Source: Podarcis bocagei (lineage: Eukaryota). From it: DNA of 64,000 nt. Shown here one piece after another: positions 25,286 through 36,500 of this stretch. The stretch lies in assembly GCA_964188305.1 (NCBI GenBank), contig OZ076894.1, one strand, 5' to 3'. The notes below the pieces were generated by a model that worked only from the letters and a program-made list of their open reading frames with translations, was not told the origin of the DNA and did no database searches. Made by a program: the position numbers and the translations under genes. The first letter of the stretch is position 1; each line of letters opens with the position of its first letter.

Positions 25286-26126
25286 CTGAAAGAAACAATA
25301 TAAATTCTTTATATAAATGCAGTTTAAAAACCCAAGGAAAACTATTTTTCAGCTGCTTTCTTATTTTAGACATTTCCCCAACACCATATACTTCAGTATC
25401 TGATCTAGTGACATCTAAAAAAAAAAATTCTAGAAGTCCACCAGGTTAAAAAAAAGAAAAAGCAAGAAACTGGGTTTTAAACATAAAGCTTCACATTTGT
25501 ACAAAATCCTTCACGTACTTCTTTTCAGAGAAGAGAAACCTGGTATCCTACATTTTTACTGCCGGACTTCTATGCAAATAAGAAACACCACCATATCTCT
25601 TCATGAAACTATAGTGTTGAAATGGTAGCGATTTTAAAAGAATTGCTTCTGAAGCAATAGGCTCCAAACAGTTAACTGTCTTACAAAAATAACGGATTAA
25701 AAAATAAATTTGGGTTACTTTTTCTTCTTTTAAAAAAAGGCCTAAAGGCCATTTCCAATTTTGCATGTTTCTGTAATATGCTTTTTAGCTATGCTACCTT
25801 AGTTCAAAAGGAAAACTTTGCTCCTGCTGTGTCAGCAAACTGAGTCACTATCAGAAGCCACTATTCATTATATAGATTTTAATAACATGGAATCAATACA
25901 ACTACCATTTCTATGCACTAACAAAACACCAGATTCAATGCAGTCTTTCGTTACAGTGAGTTTAAAGAATCCATAAATAGACCTTGACAGGAACTGAAAT
26001 TCCGACAATGTGCTGTTGAGAACCCATTACCCTCCAAGTTTCTAAAATCCCTGTTCTACTACAATGCCACAAATTTGAAAGTAACTGCTTGAATTCTTAG
26101 ACCTAACATGAATTGAGGCATCCAAA

Positions 26127-26205
26127 CATAGAATTCTAGAATTGTAGAGTTGGAAGGGACCACAAGGGTCATCTGGTCCAAGTACCAGCAATGCAGGAAT
26201 ATTTT
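26127..26205 (-). mobile_element. CR1 LINE 3' end fragment
   Basis: Minus strand GGTCCCTTCCAACTCTACAATTCTAGAATTCTATG, typical of the CR1 3' terminus. Confidence 0.7.
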
Positions 26206-26973
26206 GCCTAACATGGAAAGAAAGAAGCAAGGGACTTTGCAGATCACAGAGGTCTGCTGCCTTCTCCCCTGGATAACCCTGTTGGATCTGTCAATAGATC
26301 TTTTATCTTCATAGCCATTAAAGGCTAGAAACAATCTTTCAGGATGCTGAATTCTATGCACCATAAATTTAGTGCACAGCTGAGGAACTGGACCTGTATC
26401 CTTCCTTGCTCCAACCCACTGGCCAAGTGGGCGGGGCTGTCCACCTGTAAATCACCTGGTATCATTATGATGTCTGGTGACAACCTGAAAGGAGCTCACA
26501 AAGCCCCTTTGAAAGCCAGTTTTTGGCACCAATCAGTTTACAAGCTACCCCCTTTAAAGTCCATTTGCTAGTGGTCTGAATATAAGCCGCTTACAAACAT
26601 ATTCCAAAGGGTGACTGTCAGCACCCAACAGCTGATGAGAGCTGAGAGCCCTACCAGCTGCACTAGGGAGTTCCTGATGAAGAACCCCCTAGTAAAGCCA
26701 GCCAATCTCAGTGAAGCTCCCTTTTGGAGCACTGAAGGACAATCCTGTGTGTTTCTGAATGTGGTTGTCAACTCACCACTCTGCTGCTTCCAGCTGGGGC
26801 CTAGGACTGCTCTGCCCATTTCTACTTCCAGTTAAAGCTTTTTAACCTCTTTCACATATCTGGCTAAAATCTACTCAGGCATGAATGTCAAATGTGAAAA
26901 CTTTAATCTGATTAACACAAACAAAAGTTTTTAAAACTGATTTTCAGGTTCAGATGAAGATGGGTAAATTTAA

Positions 26974-27323
26974 CGCTGTGGTCTAAACCACTGAGCCTAG
27001 GGCTTGCTGATCGGAAGGTCAGCGGTTTGAATCCCTGCAACGGGGTGAGCTCCCATTGCTTGGTCCCAGCTCCTGCCAGCCTAGCAGTTCAAAAGCACAT
27101 CAAAGTGCAAATAGATAAATAGGTACCACTCCAGTGGGAAGGTAAACGGCGTTTCCGTGCGCTGCTCTGGTTTCGCCATTAGCAGTTTAGTCATGCTGGC
27201 CACATGACCAGAAAAACTGTCTGTGGACAAACATCAGTTCCCTTGGCCAGTAAAGCGAGATGAGCGCTGCAACCCCAGAGTCATTTGCAACTGGACTTAA
27301 CTGTCAGGGGTCCTTTACCTTTT
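26974..27323 (+). mobile_element. Sauria SINE, older subfamily, 5' clipped
   Basis: Homologous to the 20831 and 57998 copies with CpG decay; CCTTTACCTTT tail. Confidence 0.88.
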
Positions 27324-27543
27324 TTTCATTACATGCATTGCTACAAGTAGTGAAACAGACATAGGTGGCCAATCAGATTATATACATTCTTTTTCTCCTC
27401 CATAGAAATGTTATCTCCAGTGGGGGAGGGGGAATATTGCCTGCTTTGTTGTCCAATTAAACTAACCGATACCACTTTACAATTTATTTAATTAGTGTAT
27501 ATTAAAATATGGTCATATTTTAGAATGTCATTATTAATGCAAC

Positions 27544-27708
27544 CTTATCCCTGAGGCTAGGATCATTGAACCACTCCAATAACTTCTTCCCCACTTCCAT
27601 CGGGCTGGAAAGAAATGTCCTGTAGGTCAACAGGAAATCCTCGATAAATGTTGGATCAACCACTGAATGTTCTTCCACCAAATGCATTGTCAACCTTTCC
27701 GGCGTTCC
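27544..27708 (-). CDS. RAPGEF2: RAPGEF2 exon 7 ([10 protein letters not shown]...PSLRDK), REM domain
   Basis: Manual translation; TATAG acceptor, AAG|GTTGCA donor; 165 nt. Confidence 0.95.
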
Positions 27709-27988
27709 CTATAAAATGTAAATGTTCAAATATCAATACACATGAATGCATCTCAGCTTGAGCCCCCCCCCCTTTTTTTTTTGGTCTCACTGAAGTTAAC
27801 ATACATTTACTGGACCAGATTTACACAAAGTACCATACACAGCAATTAAGAATAGTTCTTTGGTGGTTTTTCTCATTAAAAAGTCTGAAAAAAGACAGCA
27901 TCTGTATAACATTAGGATATAAATAAGACTGTGGTTTGAAAGAAATAGATAAACTGCTATTAGGTATATTATAGTATAAAAAATATAC

Positions 27989-28141
27989 CTTGATAACAAT
28001 GTGACCCTTTCTTGTTCCAGTGCGATCCAATTCCCTATGCTCTTTAACCATAACAATCTCTCCTTCCTCTTCTACCTTCTGCATGTTTTTCTCCACTTGG
28101 TTGAGGATGCGGCAATAATCTTGCTGAGCTATGCACACAAA
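27989..28141 (-). CDS. RAPGEF2: RAPGEF2 exon 6 (FVCIAQQDY...GHIVIK)
   Basis: ORF 27821..28138; AG/GT junctions; 153 nt. Confidence 0.96.
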
Positions 28142-30817
28142 CTAGGGAAAATAGATTGCAAGAGACAAGTTCAAAGGTAATGGTTTCTAAAATGTTAAGA
28201 GTACTTTGTCCAACCTGCCCTGCTGTCTAGAATACCTTAGTCCAAGTGTAAGGGATGCTATAGATTTGCTATCCTCAAATGTAGCAGAAACTATGAAGTC
28301 AGACCTTTAACTTCATGAGATTGATTAATAACCCCCATTAAAGCTCATTATTATTACCTTCTTTTTACTTTTATGGCACATACATATTTTTCTAAATTAG
28401 TTTTCCAGCTAAATGCAGGATAAATGCAGAAGTTGAACTTCTACAGGTTCCACCACTTCTCTGATTTTGGAACTGTTCACTATCACAAGGGCTACCATAA
28501 GCAATTTTTCTGTTATCACTGCAGATATAGTGCTTTATGAAATGAATATCCAAATGTGCCTTATGATCATTTCTGCTACACTAAGTGGTTGAATAAGCCA
28601 GGATGATATATTCTGTTATAATTCTTGCCTTAGGAAAGTGCATGATTAATTGATAAAATATGAATTAATGCCTATCAAAGAAATCTCATATCTCTATCCT
28701 TCTCCTATTGCCCTAAATAAAAGCTAAATCTGAATTGACATTTATTTTAAGGAAATTCCTAATTTCCATCTTGAGGGCATATAAAAAGTAAATGATGAAA
28801 GGAAAATGCCTTTTTAACAGTTGCTTCTACAATTAAAATAAGCAGCTATTTCCCCCTTTTAATCAGAATATTATTGCCAAGCATAATAAAGTAAAATAAA
28901 ATATGTGATTCCTTCCACCTGACAGTCATGTCCTCACCCTTTCACAACATGCAAGTTTTTAACTGAACACACCACACTTGTGCAGTGTCCAGTTTTTATC
29001 ACCCAGGGTTGTTGATGAACTATTTTGGTTCTAGAAATGAATGTACTGGAATGTTTAAAATCACAGCTTTTTATATTCTTGGATACAACTGCAGCTGAGA
29101 TTCTCCCTCTGTCTAACTACCAACTGCTGAGGCCGTCAGAGGGAGAAGCAGCAGCAGCAAGGCACTCCTCTCTCTATCTGTTATGAATATGAATCTAAAT
29201 TATCCTGTATTTAATACAAACTAATTACATTTTGTAAGCCACAATGGGTGGGCTTTACCTTGAAATACAGCATTTAAGAACAAAGAAAGAAATGAATAAA
29301 TATTCATATATTTCAAATTAATATTCTTTCACTTAAAATTCATAAGAATGTGATATTTACTAACAAGTGTTGCAAATAGGTTCATTAACCACAAACACTG
29401 GATATTCATTTTGGTTTTTTGACAGATCAATGAGGCCGCGCTTGAGACACTGAAGTTATATTACAGCCACAAGTTTACATCACTTAATTTTCTCATATTT
29501 ATGGCACATAATGGCTTTGTTCAGCTGCAATACAGTTTAGTGCTATGTGAGTGAGCCTCAGGCTGGCCAGCTCACCTCTCCATATTCCTCCTTTGGCACA
29601 GCGATGGGTAGGAGTGCAGAAGCAGTCACTTCCATTTTTAACTAACTTAAGGTTTTAGTTAACTGAACGACCCCAGTTGGCAGTTGTCCAAACCTGGATA
29701 AACCTTGGCTGTTCTTTTTATGGTTTAGTAAACAACTTCATACTGTGGTTTATTATTGTTGTTGCTACCCTTGTTATATTAATTGCCTTCTAAATTTACA
29801 GTTTCAAGGCGATTTAAATGTAAAATAATTCTTAAAAAAATTAAAACACAAACATATTTAAAACAGGATGAAGACCCTAACAAGTAGTCAGTTGTTAAGA
29901 CCTATTTATCCAGATGGGAAAGCCTGTTGACATTTCCCAAACCCATAGATTAGGCATAGATCTCCAGATCTATGGCGTACGAGCGGCAGGGACTCCTTTA
30001 TGAGACTCCCTCTGCCTTCGCTGGCATGGGTGAGCTACCTCTTTCTGGTTGTATTCCCTTGGAAGACACAGCCCACCCTCACAGGTGAAGGCAGCCAGGC
30101 AGTAGCCAAGTGTGTGCTTTGCCCCAGTACCACCACCAGGCAGCCTCTGCACCACTTCACAAGGTGTACGGTGCAAGCCACCCTATCCAGCCTTGCAGAA
30201 CAGGGCTGCCTGATGCTGCTGGCGAGCGTTGGGCCTGGTATCAGCATCAGGGAGTCTCTGTACCACGAGGCTGCCTTCACGTGGGTGGCTGGGCTCCATC
30301 TTTCCTCCTGGGGTCTATCACTCACAAAGCTGTTTTTCCTCAGCCACACCCAACTGTCCCACAGCTGACACCATATGACAGCAGGTGTGAAGAATGCCAA
30401 GCTGCGGCTGCAAAGACACACTAGAGTAGTGCACTCCTGGTGTGGGACTTACATTTGTTGTCTTTTGCATTTTGTGTCAAATGCAAGCTCTGCTTTGTTC
30501 CACTTAGGAGCTATTCAATTAAATTTAGTGCTGATTGTGCATTGTTGGCGATTGGCTCCACTTAGAACTCCCGACTGGAACTTCTGAATGAAGTTATCTC
30601 TTCTAAGAGTGGCACTTGCATTTTGCACTGAATTTAAATCCACCGCCAAATGCAAGAATCACTCTAGGCATGAATCTTTTCAGCTTGAATTCAAGCTGAG
30701 ACTCTGCAAAGAAAAAGTTCCTTTGCAAGCATAGCTTGAATTCATCCTGAGACCACAAAGGAGGAAGTGGATGCTCTTAAGAGTGGCTCCTGATTCCTTT
30801 GCCAAGGGTTCAAAGTT

Positions 30818-30953
30818 NNNNNNNNNNNNNNNNNNNNNNNNNNNNNNNNNNNNNNNNNNNNNNNNNNNNNNNNNNNNNNNNNNNNNNNNNNNNNNNNNNN
30901 NNNNNNNNNNNNNNNNNNNNNNNNNNNNNNNNNNNNNNNNNNNNNNNNNNNNN
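30818..30953. other. Assembly gap (136 N)
   Basis: Run of N. Confidence 0.99.
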
Positions 30954-31179
30954 GTGGGTGATCCTGACCACCTGTCAAAAGTGGCCTGTGGAGGGTAGGG
31001 GAATTCTGGATCCAACCCACTGGACAGTTTTGTCATAGAGTAACCACATATTCTGATCTCTTCCACACAGCTGTGCTGGAGAAGAGAGGAAAACACACCA
31101 ATAATAATTCAGCATTACATCTGAACCTGTCATATATTTGCATGTTATTCTAACGGGTAATTCAGATTTTATTTTCTAC

Positions 31180-31338
31180 CTGGCAATCATCCACTTTGGT
31201 TCTCATTACTCCTTTCATGTATTCTTTGTCCATGGTAGGGGAAACACCAAAACTGTTTCCCATGCATAATATTTCTGATCTTCCTTCAGGATGGGTTACT
31301 TCCACAGAACCATTCAAAATAACAGACCAGGAGTCCAG
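31180..31338 (-). CDS. RAPGEF2: RAPGEF2 exon 5 ([10 protein letters not shown]...KVDDCQ), cNMP-binding-like domain
   Basis: Manual translation [53 protein letters not shown]; TTTTAG acceptor, CAG|GTAGAA donor; 159 nt. Confidence 0.95.
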
Positions 31339-31832
31339 CTAAAAATGAAACATAGAGTTTGAGACATACAAACATAGGAAAACCATTTCACCTTTTTAGG
31401 TATCATTGTGTGAATTTGTTTTTCAATAAATGCTTGCAAAAGGGAAATGAAAAAAGCGGGAAAGTACACGTATACATAATAAAAAACCACTTCAAGATCC
31501 TGCAGTTTTACCAAGATAAACTTTACACATGTACAGACGTTAAAGGAGATGCAGACATATCTACTGGATATGCTGCCTTATTTATCAGCTACTTTTAAGG
31601 CAAAGAAGATAAAACATTGTATTTGCTTCTGCTATAAGCAGTATGGAACAGGACAGCTAACCTTTTCAGACCCATGGGTCACATTTGAGCTTGCCAAACC
31701 ATCTGAGGGCTGCGTGACACATGGCTCCTGATCTCTCAAGCTCTTTCTTACACTTGCTTGCTCTGCTCTCTCTTCAGGATCTGCACGCAGACAGGTACAC
31801 TTCGAGCACACTTTCCCCATGCCTACAACACT

Positions 31833-32564
31833 CACTGATATCACACACTAAATGCTGATATCGCACACCCAACGCTGATATCACACACCCAACGCTGATA
31901 TCACACACCCAACGCTGATATCACACACCCAATGCTGATATCGCGCACCCAACGCTGTTATCACACACCCAACACTAATATCACACGACCAAACCAGACA
32001 GCACACTATCGCTTTCACTCCTGACTCTCCTCAACTCCTCTGATCAAAAGATGCTCTACGCCAAGCTGGCAGTTTTAGAACACGGAGGGTGGGGCAGTTG
32101 GCAGTTATAGATCACTGCAGTTGCTGCAACTAATTTGCATCTGATGTTATCTGTCAAACGCTGATATCGCACACCCAACGCTGATATCGCAGACCCAACG
32201 CTGATTTCGCACACCCAATGCTGATATCGCACACCCAACGCTGATATCGCACACCCAACGCTGATATCGCACACCCAACGCTGATATCGCACACCCAACG
32301 CTGATATCGCACACCCAACGCTGATATCGCACACCCAGCGCTGATATCGCACACCCAGCGCTGATATCACACACCCAACGCTGATATCACACGACCAAAC
32401 CAGACAGCACTCTATCACTTTCACTCTTGACTCTCCTCAACTCCTCTGATCAAAAGATGCTCTAAGCCAAGCTGGCAGTTTTAGAACACGGAGGGTGGGG
32501 CAGTTGGCAGTTATAGATCACTGCAGTTGCTGCAACTAATTTGCATCTGATGTTATCGGTCAAA
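31833..32564. repeat. Tandemly duplicated cassette: 20-bp minisatellite plus 172-bp tail, two copies
   Basis: Unit ACGCTGATATCGCACACCCA about x8 (31833-31986) and x12 (32158-32392); tails 31987-32158 and 32393-32564 differ at about 5 sites. Confidence 0.93.
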
Positions 32565-32858
32565 CTGAAGCCTTGTGGTTGTAAGGAAGGGCTTGCAAAT
32601 ACAGGAACATAGGAAGCTGCATACATTTAATACCATTTTTCACTGGCATAACATTCAGGCTACATTACACCCATCTGTGATCTACTACAAATGTGAAAGT
32701 GAACTGAAGTCTAAGTCCAAGCTACATTAACAATATTCTGTTCAGCTAATGGTTATCTGTAAGCACCGGTGCAAAAATATTTGGGGGGGGGGGTTAAGAA
32801 CATAAAAAAGAAGTTTTAGATCTCTCAGGAAGGACCACTGAATTATGCAACTACTTAC

Positions 32859-32995
32859 CTCTTCTCCATCATTTAGAACTATGGTCCCCGCCCTTTCTAC
32901 AACTGCAAACACCATCACAGCACAGAGTTCTCTCCTCACTGACATTGTCATATTAGCGAAAGCGGGTAACTGATGCATGAATTCCAGGAGTTGTT
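32859..32995 (-). CDS. RAPGEF2: RAPGEF2 exon 4 (QLLEFMHQL...LNDGEE), cNMP-binding-like domain
   Basis: ORF 32742..32978; AG/GT junctions; 137 nt. Confidence 0.96.
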
Positions 32996-33301
32996 CTAAG
33001 GAATAATGAACTCACTGAGTTAAACATGTATAAGCAATGACAACTACTTGATAATGAGATTTTAGGAATATGCCATGGGATTCTAAGCTTTTATTATTCT
33101 ACAATGTGTTGTTTACTGTATTTTCATTATATTCTACAGGTTTAACATGTCATAAATCTTACGACGTTTCAAGCATTTTACAACTTCCTTTTGTTTATAA
33201 TATTAAAAATCTTTTTTTGTTAAAGTGTCATTTAGTAAAATTTTGGAAAATAAAATACATGTTAAAGAAACTGCAAATGCCACTAACATTGGGTTTCTTA
33301 C

Positions 33302-33479
33302 CAATATCATCATCTGTCCTGTCTATTGGGTCTTTCTCCAGGCAATCTCTAACAATATCCCTGCTCATTAGAGGATCAGAAGCCCTCTCAATATCCTCTT
33401 CATCATCATCATCCTCAGAATCCACTGCTGTCTCTGGTAACCCACTCAGATCCATATCGCCAGCTTCACTCTCTGTGGC
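33302..33479 (-). CDS. RAPGEF2: RAPGEF2 exon 3 ([13 protein letters not shown]...RTDDDI)
   Basis: ORF 33228..33455; TTTCAG acceptor, G|GTAAGA donor; 178 nt. Confidence 0.96.
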
Positions 33480-34865
33480 CTGAAATGATCATTAAGTATT
33501 GAGAAAAAAACATTCAGAGGCCTCTTATAATACTAAACACAACTCAAAACATGTACATGAAGCGAATTTAATATTTACTCCACGGACAAGCCAAGGTTCA
33601 TTTTTTCTCAGCACTTTTCCATTACCTATGGGAAGTATATAACAGGAATTCACTGTATTTTGGGTAAAGTAGACACACCTGGAACATACTTAAATCAAAA
33701 GCAAGATTAATATATTTGTGGGTGCTGCTTAGTCCCATTTTCAAACCCATCTAAAGTATTACATGTTCGCGATGAAACCTAGGACACTGACATCAATTAA
33801 TCACTCACTTCAGTCATGAACTCAGCAGGTGAGCACCACCAAAGGCAAAGCAGAGCTACCAAGAAGCAAATGGGATGCTTCAGCATGCTTTGGGGAGCTC
33901 TTATGTTTTATTATCAGACATTATCAGAATAATGTCTGATTGGGGCAGAAAAATTGGGATGCTGCTGGAATGCAATAGGGTATCCTACAAGAGGACATGG
34001 ATGGAACCATGAATAGAAAAACTCCACGCTGCAGCATCTGGATGCAGGTCACATTTGTATCGTGAAATTGCAAACAGCCAGTCTATCAGATATGAGAGTT
34101 AACTTCCAGACACTGTACGTGTACCAGAGAGGAAGAACACTATCTCCCAATTCTAATCTGCTCTGTCGATCATATGGAAATCAGAAAATCCAGCCAACAC
34201 ATGGCTTAAGGTCATTAATAGGTACCCAGAGGTGAATACATTTTATTGTTTCAGTTCTAAGATGGAACACTTAATAAATCCCAAACATATTTGCCTGCCG
34301 TCTGAAATAAAGCTGCTTTTTCTGCAGAAGTAGATTTAATGCCACAGCATCTGCTAAGCGTCAACTGTTATGATTTGAAGGAGATGAAAACTATTGAGAA
34401 TGCTCTGTAAACCATTGCTTTCCAAACTGATGTTTACTAGACTTGGGGCTAAAATATTAAAGGTCAGATAGCAGTAGAAAAGGTCAAGTATGTTTTTTTT
34501 AAAAAAAAAATTAATTTGAGATATGAGATTATATGAGATGCACATGCTAGACTTTCCACAGATATTCTATCCTTATAGAATTTTAAAAAGTTGTTTTCAA
34601 TGGAGAGCTGGATAAATGCTCTAGCATAAAAATTGTGGATTTGACACTCTAGCCAAGCTATTCCAAGTACTGTACTGAAAAGATTTTTCCTACTGTAACA
34701 AATTTATCTGCCCCCCCATAAACTTTTTGTTTTAGTCTTAACTGATAGTCACTTTTCCCTTATAGACTCAATTTAGAGGTATTAATCGATTAACCACCCA
34801 AATACACTGTGCTTTATTTCAGCCCAATAATGTGGCCTTGCCAGATTTGTTCAGCTAATCTAGTA

Positions 34866-36500
34866 CAGTGGTACCCCGCAAGACGAATGCCTCGCAAGAC
34901 GGAAAACCCGCAAGACGAAAGGGTTTTCTGTTTTGGAGGCGCTTCGCAAGACGAATTTCCCTATGGGCTTGCATCGCAAGACGAAAGCCCATAGGGAAAT
35001 GCTGGCGGTCGGGAGCAAAGACTTTCGCCCACAGCCGGCCTTCAGAAGAGGACCTCTTCTGAAGGCCGGCGGGGGGCAAAAGTCTTTGCTCCCCCCCGCC
35101 TGCCTTCCCCCCCCCCCGCCTGCCCCGGGCGATCTTAAAATGCTGGCGGGCGGGAGCGAAGCGTTCGCTGCCGACCCCCAGCATTTTAAAATCTCCCCGG
35201 GACAGCAGAGAAGTCGGGAGCATTTTAAAATCTCCCCGTGTCCCGGGGAGATTTTAAAATGCTGGGGGGCTGCCGACCCCCAGCATTTTAAAATCTCCCC
35301 GGGACAGCAGAGACTTCTCTGTCCCGGGGAGATTTTAAAATGCTGGGGGTCAGGAGCGAAGCGTTCGCTGCCGACCCCCAGCATTTTAAAATCTCCCCGT
35401 GTCCCGGGGAGATTTTAAAATGCTGGGGGTCGGGAGCGCTTCGCTGCCGACCCCCAGCATTTTAAAACGCTGTTCCGAAGCGGGGGGCGGGAACAGCTGC
35501 CGCAGCCGCCCCGCTTCGGAACGCTGTTCCGAAGCGGGGAGGGGGGGCGGGAACAGCTGCCGCAGCCGCCCCGCTTCGGAACGCTGTTCCGAAGCGGGGA
35601 GGGGGGGCGGGAACATCTGCCCCAGCCGCCCCACTTCGGAACGCTGTTCCGAAGCGGGGAGGGGGGGCGGGAACATCTGCCCCAGCCGCCCCACTTCGGA
35701 ACGCTGTTCCGAAGCGGGGAGGGGGGCGGGAACATCTGCCCCAGCCGCCCCACTTCGGAACGCTGTTCCGAAGCGGGGAGGGGGGGCGGGAACAGCTGCC
35801 CCAGCCGCCCCACTTCGGAACGCTGTTCCGAAGCGGGGAGGGGGGCGGGAACATCTGCCCCAGCCGCCCCACTTCGGAACGCTGTTCCGAAGCGGGGAGG
35901 GGGGGCGGGAACATCTGCCCCAGCCGCCCCACTTCGGAACGCTGTTCCGAAGCGGGGAGGGGGGGCGGGAACATCTGCCCCAGCCGCCCCACTTCGGAAC
36001 GCTGTTCCGAAGCGGGGAGGGGGGGCGGGAACACCTGCCCCAGCCGCCCCACTTCGGAACGCTGTTCCGAAGCGGGGCTGGGGGCGGGAACACCTTCTGA
36101 AGGCGGGCAGGGGGCGAAAGTCTTTGTCCCCCCTGCCTGCCTTCCCAGGGGCTTTTAAATCGCCCCGGACAGCGGAGAAGTCCTCCGCTGTCCGGGGCGA
36201 TTTTAAAATGCCGCCCACCAGCATTTTAAGATCGCCTGGACAGCGGAGAAGTCCTCCGCTGTCCCGGGGTTTTTTAAAATGCTGGGGGTGGGAAGAAAAG
36301 CCCTTGTCCCCCCCCCCCCAGCCTTCAGAAGAGGTCCGGGGACAGACTGTCCCCGGACCTGGTCTGAAGGCGGTTTCCCTAGGAACGCATTAATTGATTT
36401 TCAATGCATTCCTATGGGAAACCGTGCATCGCAAGACGAAAAACTCGCAAGACGAAGAGACTTGCGGAACGAATTAATTTCGTCTTGCGAGGCACCACTG
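34866..36500. mobile_element. Non-autonomous Tc1/mariner (Tigger/pogo-like) DNA transposon
   Basis: TA|CAGTGGTACCCCGCAAGACGAA ... TTCGTCTTGCGAGGCACCACTG|TA; subterminal CGCAAGACG repeats at both ends; no transposase ORF. Confidence 0.88.
35467..36092. repeat. 59-60-bp GC-rich tandem array (about 10.5 units) inside the Tigger-like element
   Basis: Unit ACGCTGTTCCGAAGCGGGGAG(G)nCGGGAACA(T/G/C)CTGCCCCAGCCGCCCCACTTCGGA. Confidence 0.97.

Noticed and set aside
28919-28945. Possible duplicate of the exon 5 end (HDCQ|GT resembling DDCQ|GT)
   Set aside because: In-frame TGA two codons upstream of HDCQ and no further similarity; probably chance.
30680-31096. ORFs spanning the N run
   Set aside because: Artefacts of translating through the assembly gap.
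32056-32424. Cys-rich repetitive ORFs (CDISVGCAISALGVRYQRWV)
   Set aside because: Stop-free reading of a 20-bp minisatellite; no splice or coding evidence.
35386-36224. Long ORFs (196-269 aa) on both strands, and a CRISPR-like look (palindrome plus spacer)
   Set aside because: The ORFs are translations of the GC-rich 60-bp tandem array. The spacers are near-identical, the DNA is vertebrate and there are no cas genes.
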